From Ruditapes philippinarum (taxonomy: Eukaryota): a DNA stretch of 61,194 nucleotides. The stretch spans positions 1-61,194 of the forward strand of contig NW_026861066.1 of assembly GCF_026571515.1 (NCBI RefSeq), read 5' to 3'. Positions 50,029 to 61,194 of the stretch are shown one piece after another. Numbering within the stretch: position 1 is the first letter of the stretch; every line of letters starts with the position of its first letter. The notes under the pieces were generated by a model that was not told the DNA's origin, made no database searches, and saw only the letters and a list, made by a program, of their open reading frames with translations. The translations under genes and the position numbers were made by a program.

Positions 50029-52098
50029 TATAGCTTTATTTAATACTTATAAATAAAATATTGATGAAATAAAATGCAGATCGATTTTAATTTTCCGTAT
50101 TTTCATTGTAAAAATTAATTTTTCACTGCAAAGAAGCATATTTTCTGTATCTTCACTTGTGTCATGCCAGACTACTTTCTTATAAATTCAGCCAATACAC
50201 AAAATTAAAAGTAAATTCTTCCCGATCATAAGGTGAAAAAAGAGAAAAAGTATATAGAAAACAGAAAATTCAAGTTTTTTTAGCAATACAGAATTTATTT
50301 TCATTTTTTGGTATGAAAATTATCATTTCATGAGTGGCAGTAGCCATTTATTTTCATACCACTTGATGAAAATAAATCCTGTATTGATAGAAAAAACTTG
50401 AATATCCTCTTTTTATACACTTACTTAGTAGTTTTAGGATTAAGATGAACAGCACTTTTCTAATAGCCATGGTGAAAGGACAGTAAAGAACAAGTAAGAA
50501 AATGCCCTGTAAACATGATTTATTACTGTAAATATAGAAGCATAAAATTTACTTTTGATATGATAGTCATCATGTAAGCTATAAAAACAGGAATAAGAAA
50601 TAAAGACAGTAGCACACTTGTACACAATAGTTGAAATAAATATCAGAACAAGCATTGTATAGTATTCTATCAGAAATTAAATATTTCAGTTTCTTATATT
50701 CTTTTCTATTGATCATGTAAAAGAATAATGTAATTCAAGCGTTCAATGCAACAATGATGTATATTTATTAATAAACAAAAAGAACAATTTATGATTTTAA
50801 TGGGATACAACCTAGATTATGGCAATAAAAGAAACTGACTTTTGATAGCAAATTATGTGTATACAAAAAGTCTTTACATTTCATATACATGTACAAACAA
50901 AAATGAGTAAAAATAAAAAATTTACAGATTTTTTTTTTGGTAACTAGACACTTTCAATTTCATTAGTTCCACTTATTTTTGGCTATTGAATGTAGCAAAG
51001 TTACAATGAAAAACATCCGTAGACACCATATGACTTTAAATGTCTAAGTCATCTTCACATAGCTTACTCATTTATTTAATAAACTGAATATGTTTGGTGA
51101 AAAAATCCAAAAACTAGCATAACATGACATACGCTGTCAAATTTTACATGATAGTTAGATTTTTTTTTAACAAAACTGCAATTTTGTGGCACACATAAAC
51201 CTGTATTCTAGATACAAAAGAAAGATGAAAATATATCGGGACATCAATTATCACTACCACTGTTTCACAGACTTAACACAGATTTATGTTGAATACTTGA
51301 TATACAAATGTACTTGTGTTCCCTTAGAAGCACAAGAATTTAACACTAAACTTGCTGAATTTGTATAATTTATTTGCCTTGCTTTGAAATTGAAACAGTC
51401 TATGTCAAAATAAAAGGATTTCAATACCATAATACTGATCTTGAAATACCAACTGTATAGAGCCAGTAAGCCTGCACGGTTGTGCAAACAGGTCTGGCTC
51501 TATACTGGCAACAAAGGCTATAGACTTTAAGTTCCAGCAGGTTAAGGGTTTAATCTTGAGTAAACAGCAACAATATAGACTTTAAGAAAACAATTTATAG
51601 AAAGCTTAACAGAAATGTTCCACTTTGACTTGATACAAAACATCTAGGGCATGGATTAACTAAATCTAGAACTTGGTTCAAAAAATTTAAGGACGTACAA
51701 ATCAAGGACTAGGTGCAAAGATATACATGTATATAGGATTAACAACAATGTAATCAAGTGCTTTGTGCAAAGAAATTCAGGACTTAGTGCAAGATAATTG
51801 TAACCAATATGAAGTAAAAGAATAAAATACATTCTTTTTGCACCAGACTGAAAAACAAAAAATTGTAAAAATATATGTTTCACAGTTCAAATTTAGGCAA
51901 CATGGTATATAAAAATAAAGCCTTAGCTTGGATACAATATAAATTTTCCTTCCTAGAAAACATGAAACATCACAATGTTGGATAAATAGACATAATATCA
52001 AAACACCGCACAAATATTTTGCTTTAAAACGGACAAAAACAATGAGAAAAATTGAATGACAAGGAGCATTATAAAAATTATCAATTCCTACATATTAT

Positions 52099-52127
52099 CA
52101 GAGACATAGATAACATCTATGTCTCTG
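52099..52127. mobile_element. 29-bp perfect hairpin micro-insertion with 7-bp TSD
   Basis: ATATTAT|CAGAGACATAGAT-AAC-ATCTATGTCTCTG|ATATTAT. Confidence 0.75.
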
Positions 52128-52768
52128 ATATTATAAGATGATAATATTTTTCCTCTATTATAACTCCACTACATCTAGTAATGTGTAAAAACTTAGATTT
52201 GTGCAGAAGGGAGTTGATTGCAAAAGCTGCTGCAATTTAAGAGAGAGAAAAATTAAACATTTTTCTTCCTATTTCACAATATCATTATCCATGTATCTCA
52301 ATTCATAAATCTAAATCTTTATAACAGTAATTAACATTTAACAATCAAGGCATTTATATAATCTATAAACATGGTTGGTGTAAATACTAAATTTTATCAA
52401 TTATAGTTTCCATCTTTATCAAAGTAAGCATTTTTGCAGTATTATAAAATCATTATAATGTAACATATTATGCAACACGTCTACTTACTGACTACAACTG
52501 ATTTCCAATACCCTGTATTATCTCCGACTATTGGGATTGAGTGATTGTGAAAATGTTGAAATATTACCTTTTTATGTTCCGTGTGTGAATGAAATAACTT
52601 TAATCATTGTAAATGGCAAACTGGTGTATGAAAATGATTAATGTTGTTAAATGTACCATTGATTTACCTATTCTTTAAATATGTATGAATTAGGGAGTGT
52701 ATGTTAATATTTATAACAAAAATACATTGAAATTTCACAGAATACACCAATTTATCGTAAATCCCTAA

Positions 52769-52908
52769 CTTAGTGCAGTAACAGGTTAACTCCAAATAAA
52801 CAGTAACAGGTTAACTCCAAATAAACAGTAACAGGTTAACTCCAAATAAACAGTAACAGGTTAACTCCAAATAAAATTTAATAAGAGTTAACCTGTTACT
52901 GCACTAAG
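52769..52908. repeat. Short hairpin element CTTAGTGCA...TGCACTAAG with an internal 25-bp x3 tandem; relatives at 30754-30817 and 53056-53122
   Basis: Inverted termini; unit CAGTAACAGGTTAACTCCAAATAAA repeated three times. Confidence 0.6.
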
Positions 52909-55387
52909 ATGACAAAATGTTCTATTTTGTGTTGTTCTAGAATGTTTACCATATATTATACATGTACACATTGCCCTATCATGCAACAAGTTCTACTTAA
53001 CATGGACCACATTTGTATACATGTTCTAAATTTGTCCTAAGAGAATGATTCTCATCTAAGTGCAGAAATTGGTTAAGTCCTTCTAAATTTAACAGGAGTT
53101 AACCTGTTATTGCACTAAGGTTACAAGTCATGTCCGAGGCAGATTGTTAAATAATATCAAACCATCTTAAGTAAAATCCCAAATAAGATCTTTATCACAA
53201 TTTTTCATGCATGCTTGGCCACTCAATAATGTGAACCATGAGCTTGTTTGAAATTCAGCGTAACACTGATGTATGGAAATAAACTAGAAAAAGAGGTAAA
53301 GCCAATATTTCTAGGAACCCTATATTTAATTGTGGTACACAAATATACTATCAGATAGCGATTTTATAAAAAAGTCAATAAAACACTGGGAATATGCCTC
53401 AAATTTATTATAAAAATACGAGACTGGTGACCAGTTTAAGACTGAAGCATTTGATTGGTTGACACTTGACCAATGGTTGATTTTTTTTCTCTATTTTTAG
53501 ACTGTTCTTAAATTTCTGGTTTATCAGAACAATTTCACAATGCTAATGCGCAATATTTCAGCAGTTTGAGCAGAATACAATCATCAAATACCTCCTTAAA
53601 AGTACCCAAAAAAAAACAAAACACTTTCTGATAAAATCTACAAGGCAGGGAGGGACTTTGACAATAAATCATACAACATAAATCATAACATCCTTAATAT
53701 CTGAATTACTTAATATCAGGAAAAGGACATTTCTACAAATTATTTTCCCATGATAGTGTAAAAATTTGTTTTATTACTCTGTTTCTTTATGAATCTATTT
53801 TTATATTTGGCCACATCTCAATCATGTGTGATCACTTGAGATTTTTCTTAGATTACAATTACGGTATATTTTATGAAAAAAAAATGTTGTAAAGCTTCAA
53901 TTAACATGTAATTACAAAATCATTTAAAAAAATTTATTCATAAAAAAAAACACCAAGACACTCTTGTGAATAAACAACTTATAAACACTCCAATGTTGTA
54001 AAATATGCACCATTTTTCCACTTTCTAAATCATTTACATTTATACTTTGATTCATTATATATAATATTCAACATGGAAACCTTAAACATGTAAGGTTACA
54101 AAAAATGAAAAATTTTAGTGGCTCAATTTAACTGAGCATATTTATGGAGAAAGATAAATGCCAGATTCCCTCTATGACATTTCAAGCCATGTGGGAGAAT
54201 GAATATTTTATAAACAATACATTAACTATTTTCTCTTCATTATGTCGTCCATAGCACGATCATGTTTACAAATAGCACTATATCACATATTATCAGATAA
54301 TACATTGTATATAGCAATAGATTTTACAAAACAAATACATGTATCTTAAATATCAATCAAGTCTGGTTGAACATGTATATAAAATCTGAAAACGGAAAAA
54401 TGCAAGAATATATCTGGATTTAGAAAAAAAACTACATGCCAACAGAAATATTGCATAGAAACTGTAAATTTATAATACAAAAAATGTCTATATAACACTT
54501 AAAAACTAATCTATTTCTATTAAATTCTGTAATTACCCTCCTAAAAAATCTAAAAATGAGCCCCCACCCCTACCTGCTCCAACCCAAGCAAAAATAAATT
54601 TCATTTAAATAAATCCCACTCAAATAATTGTATGACAGTCAAAATGACTTGTTGGCAAAACTGTGATCGATTTGGCTAAACACATTTTTTGTAACCATTC
54701 AAGTTAACTTTATCCCATTGTACAACAGTAACTCACATGTGTTTAATTACAAATATATCATATCTAGACCTAATGGTTTGCTATAAATTTCAACTAATTA
54801 AGAGTACATAATATTGTATCTATTGGTGCACAGTACTGATAGATAATCAAAAGTGTCATTCAATGGGAACTAACAGACCGAGTATGTTTCAATATTTTTC
54901 AAAACATTTTAAAAAATTTGAAAGTCAAGAATTTTAAAATACAAAACTGCCTGTTTCTTGAAAACAACAAAAGTTTAAACTTATAATACAGGTTTAAAGG
55001 GTGTTGAAATGAACCACATGAAATATTTTCAACCCTTTGATGAAACGTAAGACATTTCTTTAAAATGCCTTGAAAGAACTAATAACCCCTATATTACTGT
55101 TAGCTCTTTTTTCTGCAACCTTGAAAAAATAATTTTTCAAACTCATGAAATTTGAAATTAAGAAGCAATAGCAAAAAAGGTGCATATTATATGAAAACAA
55201 AAGCAAAACCACTGGTTATAATTAACAAGCTAGTGAACAACATTTTAGTGATTTAAGTAAATATCAATTAAAGAAACAAACAGTAAGTGTTAACCCATTA
55301 AAAAGAGCATACCTCCAAACTAATATTTAAATTCTGAAGATAAAAAAACAACAACAATTCACACATCTGCCTAACTAATTAATTAAT

Positions 55388-55545
55388 GGCTGTGTGGGTT
55401 CAAATCCCATAAGGGGCAAGCCTTGTTTCTTGAGGAAGAAACTTTACACTCATTGCTTATTACTGGTTGGTTCCAGGAACAGATTTTAGAGTGCTTCAAA
55501 AAGCTTACAGCTTCAAACACAATCAAACTAAAATAAATTAGTATA
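55388..55545 (+). mobile_element. tRNA-derived SINE fragment
   Basis: B-box-like GGTTCAAATCC followed by CTTGAGGAAGAAACTTTACACTCATTGCTTATTACTGGTTGGTTCCAGGAAC, similar to molluscan SINE bodies. Confidence 0.5.
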
Positions 55546-57345
55546 AACTTAGCATGTACTACATTTATAAACTAACTTAATTAATTCATGTATACAATAT
55601 GGTTCTTTTAAGAAAGTACTAGTTTGTATTTTAATGTCTAGTGTTCAAAAAATAAATAAATAAAAGTTTCATATAAAAGAATTAAGAATCATTATTGAGT
55701 ACTTATGGCAAACCATTAGGAAGTTTAATTAGGAAACTGTCACAATATCCTTGATCTCAGCTCTTATTTGGGTAACAGCACTACTTCTTCACATGACCTA
55801 ACCCGTAACCTGCTGGAATCATAAGTGATAAGCCTTTGCCACCAGTATAGAGCCAGGCCAGCCTGCATTTACCTTAACATTTTTTATAGTACTTGTTAGT
55901 CCAGAATGTAACCTCAAAGGTATGAATCTCATCTACAATAACTATACCAAAATTTAAGTAATCAAAATAAGAAGAAAATGGGAAGTACAACACATCAACA
56001 CCCGAGCTGGTTTAGTTTTCATTTATTTCTCTACCGGTATCGGTTCTATCGAATCTTCATCAGGATTTAACTAAATAATTTTCACATCAAGGACCTTAAT
56101 CACTGATGCACATCTTTTTTTATACTTCAAATTTAATATTTTTATTCTTCAAATTTAATATTACCAATCTGGAGGTATGACATCCTTAAAATCGCACAAA
56201 TATAACAATCCATCTAACAGTAAACCTGAGAAAAATAAGGGGAAAAAACAATGCATACATTATAGCAATGACAGAAAACAAACTCATTACTGTGAACAAA
56301 GTCCATAAAAAAGACACTAACAACTTTAATATATATATATCTAAAAAGTAAAACTAGAAATTTACATATACCTAAAAACAACTAACAGAAAACAAAGTAT
56401 ATATGCATATCTCATTATAAATGATAGCACATAGAATTATGACTGGAGAAATATTTAGGAATTGTTTCATAGCTATAACCATAGGGGACAAACACTTAGT
56501 GGATTTCTGACCTGCTTCATTCCACACAATATACCCACTCTGAACACATGAAAAAAAAACATGCTTTTAAGTTAATTATCAACTATACTAAATAACTGTT
56601 TAATCTTATTATAACAAAATTGTATATTGTCTGCTTTCTAACCTAGCAAGTGACCAAGTGACCTTGACTTGAGAAAATATTTACATGTAGTTAAAGTTCT
56701 TTAAAGGATGAGATTAAATTTCACATTAAGTTATTCAAATATATTCCAATCATATGCCTTTTGACCCTTAGCTCAAGTTTGACCTTGACCTTTGGACAAT
56801 GACCTTGCAGAAAACATATTACTATAATATATTATGTATATAGGAGCTTACATTTGCGAGTTTACAGATGGACGGACTGTTGAATGCACAAAAACTGTTG
56901 TTAGAACATACACTAAAAAGAAATCTAATAATTATGACTGATAATTATCCGTCTCCACTATCCAAAAATTAAAATGGTAAATAGCTACAACTTTAAAGTC
57001 TATCAATATATATAAAAGGGCTACAATAATAAAAAAGTATTTGATTTGGTATAAGTATATATCAGGACTTTAAACTTTAAGAAAAGTTTCTTTAAAAAAA
57101 ATACCAATAGCAAAAATATGTGTTTTAATTTACATAATTAAAACAAACTACGTTAAGTAGATTTCTTCAAAAAGCATCCTCTAATTAGAGCTATTTAAAC
57201 ATGTAACAAATTGGATAATAACAAAATTTTACCATAAATACCTTATAACAATGGAATGAAGCAGTTTTGACTAACATTTTCAATATCATTTACATTAAAA
57301 ACAAACTGAAACTTTAAAAAACAAACTAAAATTGCTTAAAATCTA

Positions 57346-60300
57346 CTAATTTTCAGCTGATCCATTTCTTGTATTTGTGCGTTTTTGTACACCATTGTTA
57401 TTAATATTAGAGGTGCGGACGATATATGGCTCTGTTTCACTGATGGTGTCCTCCTTTACCCTCGTTTTTGGTTTTAAGGCCACATCATTTTTCACATCCC
57501 TCTTAATATAAAACTTCCATACTGTATACCCAACAAGACCTGAAAAGAAAAGAAAATCTTAAATGTCAAAAGAAAATTATAAAAACAAAATATTTCAAAA
57601 AGTTAATATATGTGTAAACTATCATCATTAGCTAAAAACCCTCACTCTTACCGACACATGAACCCTTAACCTGCTGGAATAAAACGCAATTTGCCTCTGT
57701 CACCAGTAAAGAGCAGGCCAGTTTGCACTTCCATGCATTAGGTTCTGGACTGTTGGCAGCTCAATTCTTGTGTATATTTTCGAAATCCCCTAAACTTTGA
57801 AATGACAGTTCCAAATTCATATTTAGGCATATTCATTTCAGAAATTCCGCAGTTAGGCATATTCATTTCAGAAGTTCCGCAGTTACATGTAGGCTTATTC
57901 ATTTCAGAAGTTCTGCAGTTAGGCTTATCCATTTCACAAGTTCCGCAGTTAAGCTTATTCATTTCACAAGTTCCGCAGGTAGGCTTATTCATTTCAGAAG
58001 TTCTGCAGTTAGGCTTATTCATTTCACAAGTTCCGCAGTTAGGCATATTCATTTCAGAAGTTCCGCAGTTATGTGTTAAAACAGACTATTTATGCTTTAC
58101 TCTTGTACCTGTCTGATGCCAAGTTAATGTATTTTCTTTCCATTATCTGCAACTTTTAAAACAGCCAACCTATATTTAGACATAAGGGTCAGGAAATATA
58201 TACTTTAGTTGCATAATCATGGCCGGCAAAATCTGATTTTGACTTACTTGTCAATTTCAGCTCTTGCCAAAATAATACATTTCCTTTTATAAACAAAATG
58301 AAAGTAATAGTCAATCTATATAAAGTCAAAAAGGCCTGGAAATATACACTATATTTGCATACATATTCTGCAGTAAGCCATTACTGCCTAATATTCTGAA
58401 ATAAGTAATTAACTAGTTAAAACAAACACCTAAATTAATACCCGACTGTACACAAATACCATTAGTAAAGGAATTAATTTTGGAAATGTTTTTACTTACC
58501 AAGAAATCCTAAAATCCAGAAATAAGCAATTGTTTTCGGAAGTGGTTTAGTGATGGTTTCATAATCAAACTTAACAGTAACCAGTAATTCTGTGATGACA
58601 ATTGCTATCATCATCCAGGACTGTCTACCAAACTTGTTCGGCTCTCTGAATTATAGTATGTATAGTCTGATTAATTTCAGATACAATATATTCAATTCTC
58701 ATTTGTTTTTATGGTTTTTACACGGATTTAAACACATTTGAGCCGCGTCACGACAAAACCAACATAATGGGTTTGCGACCAGCATGGATCCAGACCAGCC
58801 TGCGCATCCGCGCAGTCTGATCAGGATCCATGCTGTTCGCTATCAGTTTCTCTACTTGTAATAGAGTTGGTAAGCAAACAGCATGGATCCTGATCAGACT
58901 GCACGGATGTGCAGACTGGTCTGGATCCATGCTGGTCGCAAACGCACAATGTTGGTTTTGCCGTGACGCGGCTCATTTTTTAGTCATATCTCTGCAGCTT
59001 ATCCTTCTAGCCAGCTTTCCTGGAAAACTGTAACAAAGTAACACCTGACTAGTACATGTTAAATTCCATTTAATTCCAAATCACGTTTAGTCTACAACAT
59101 GCTGAATTTTAGCAAATTTTAACTGTTACATCAGAAATATAATAGAACCGAAAGTAAAAATTCATGAATATTAAACTTTGCAAATTAATCCAAAATATTG
59201 TTTTTTGCAAAATGAAAATAGCCATTTAAACATTTCTAATTTTTCTTAATTCATTGACTCTGACATTAAGTCGAAGTGATATAAGAATTGTGAATCTTTA
59301 AGACTTAAAGGCTAATTGACAAAGAGATTTCAAGGATGACAGCACTGATAGGAGTATATACTTACGGATCATCTAAATATTGGAAAGTTTCTCGTAGAGC
59401 AGCAGCACCCATGAATAAAATGAAGACAAGACGACCTAGATTAAGATAATGTTCGGGAGGTATCCACAATACAAACTTCAGGTAAAATGTGTTTAATTCA
59501 GCTAGTAGAAACTGAAATAAATAATGGCAATGTGAATCCCCACTGTTACTATGCTGATGATATAGAAACCAAATGTGTATTTTCTGACTTTTGTCCATGA
59601 ACCAATGCTTTCTTTTCTGTTTGGATTTGAAAAAAGTACAAAAACAACTTATCTTTCTGGAAAACATCCTTGAAAACAATTTTAGTAAAAAAATCTGATA
59701 ATTTAGAAATATTGCACAACTGAATGTAAAAGAACACATAAATTTATAAAAATTTACAAAAGTTATATCATTCTATCCATATTTAATCCTAACACTCACT
59801 TTTAAAGTGTCAGTGCATAGTATATAGGTTTTACAATACAGTACACTGCATCCAATATATCTTAAAATTCTACATCTAATTCTTTATTCTGTTCCATAAT
59901 CTGCTGAATTTCTTAAATTGAATCCTCCATCTTCAATTGTTGGAACTGTCCATTATCAATTTTGGGGGATATCAAGATAAAACATAAAGTTGACCAACCA
60001 ATAGTATAGATCCTGGTCAGATTGCATTGTTAAAGGTTAAAACTGATGATTAACTTCTAGACATTAAGGTAATTACAGAGCAATTACGTATGCACACAGT
60101 AATATTCTGATCAAGCCAGTTTATCCTATCAAATTCTAGCTACATGTACAAATGTATACTGAATGAAGTGCATCTGCATTTTGTCTTACTTATATTCATT
60201 TTTATAGGACTACTTACAGAAAGAATACACACCAATGTGTGAACCAATACTTACAATTACAAAAATTCCTAAGGTTGCAAACCATCTAATAAGGCTAGAC

Positions 60301-60369
60301 GTGGGTTTCCAGTTGAAGTCTGTCCAACTGTATGGTGTAAACTGCAAGGCAACACGTTTCATCTTACCG
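57346..60369 (-). CDS. PTDSS2: Phosphatidylserine synthase 2, last four coding exons; 5' part beyond the window
   Basis: Exons (minus) 60369-60255, 59511-59366, 58645-58500, 57539-57346, phase-compatible: [22 protein letters not shown]..., [23 protein letters not shown]...[10 protein letters not shown], ...[11 protein letters not shown]..., YTVWKFY...*. Confidence 0.92.
57826..58071. repeat. 30-bp minisatellite x8
   Basis: Unit AGGCTTATTCATTTCAGAAGTTCCGCAGTT; explains ORFs 57738 and 57802. Confidence 0.9.
58736..58977. mobile_element. ~240-bp foldback MITE, copy 6 (PTDSS2 intron)
   Basis: Same family as 15309. Confidence 0.85.
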
Positions 60370-61194
60370 CTGCAATAAAGTACAACAAAATTTAAACCCT
60401 TAACCTGCTACAACCGGAAGTGATTAGCACTTGCCACTAGTATAGACCCAGCCCAGTCTTCACATCTCTTTGGAACTTACAATATTGATAAATCTTCATT
60501 TGAGTATCATACGAGGGTTGTCCCAATATTCTGTGACAAGATTGTTTAAAAGCTAAACAAGAAAAGCATTGATGCAAAGCATCAAAGGGCGTCCAAACAG
60601 CAGGTGCAGATGAACTAGTAGATATATGATGACAAGATATTCTTATAAACTTTTCAATGGTTCATTGGGTTTTACCAGAATTGTATATCACTTTTGAATG
60701 AACGGACGAAAGACATTGTTCATTATTTAAAACTTTGATCGGCATGCTAGAAATTAGAATATTACTTGTTATTTCTTTATGATCGTGGTTATTAATAGCA
60801 ACGGATATACATGTATACAATCATTCATAATCCATATGTGTAACGCATGATCAACACCATACTTGTGTAATTGTCCCTTATTATGTTATCGCTATTAGCG
60901 AGGACCCCCTCTTAAGGTATCTGTTCACACTAAGTAACAATATGACACTTGTTATATTACCATGTTGATCATGTTGAGCATAATTGTTTATTATTCAATA
61001 AATGTAATTTCTATTTAATAAAAAAAAATACAGATTTTATGAATATGTTTTCTTTCTTTTTTTGTGTGAATTTTATGCGCTATTTTAATACTGAGTTTTT
61101 ACGTTTACTACTATTTTAAGAATTCAATTGTCATAATGATCGACGATTTATAAGTCAAAACTTAACTGGAAAAAGTCAGTAAATCATGGTTAAA

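Noticed and set aside
55397-55411. tRNA gene
   Set aside because: Only a B-box-like motif with no cloverleaf; better explained as a SINE head
57738-58116. Repetitive Cys-rich and LRR-like ORFs (MNKPNCGTCE / ISEVPQLGLF)
   Set aside because: Translations of a 30-bp intronic minisatellite
1-61194. Prokaryotic or viral defence system or operon
   Set aside because: Spliced eukaryotic genes and animal TE families throughout; no long unexplained ORFs

Overview
AT-rich eukaryotic (animal) genomic DNA with spliceosomal GT-AG introns. The repeat landscape (Helentron/HINE-type satellite-carrying elements, many MITEs, SINE and LINE relics) and intronless B-box/NHL genes suggest a bivalve mollusc (inference). 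Genes read by hand: last two coding exons of a mitochondrial release factor (MTRF1L-like, +); two tandem, ~94% identical single-exon B-box/coiled-coil/NHL (RING-less TRIM-like) genes in a ~5.5-6.6 kb duplication; a complete 10-exon aldo-keto reductase (AKR1-like, -) head-to-head with U1 snRNP C (SNRPC, +); and the last four exons of phosphatidylserine synthase 2 (PTDSS2, -). Most short ORFs in the track are spurious repeat translations. The most unusual observation is a set of ultra-short hairpin insertions (29, 29 and 34 bp, plus a 153-bp foldback) with CANRG-type termini and 7-bp target-site duplications, i.e. candidate P-superfamily 'micro-MITEs' made of little more than two TIRs. Region ~40.6-42.9 kb looks like low-quality, unpolished sequence.
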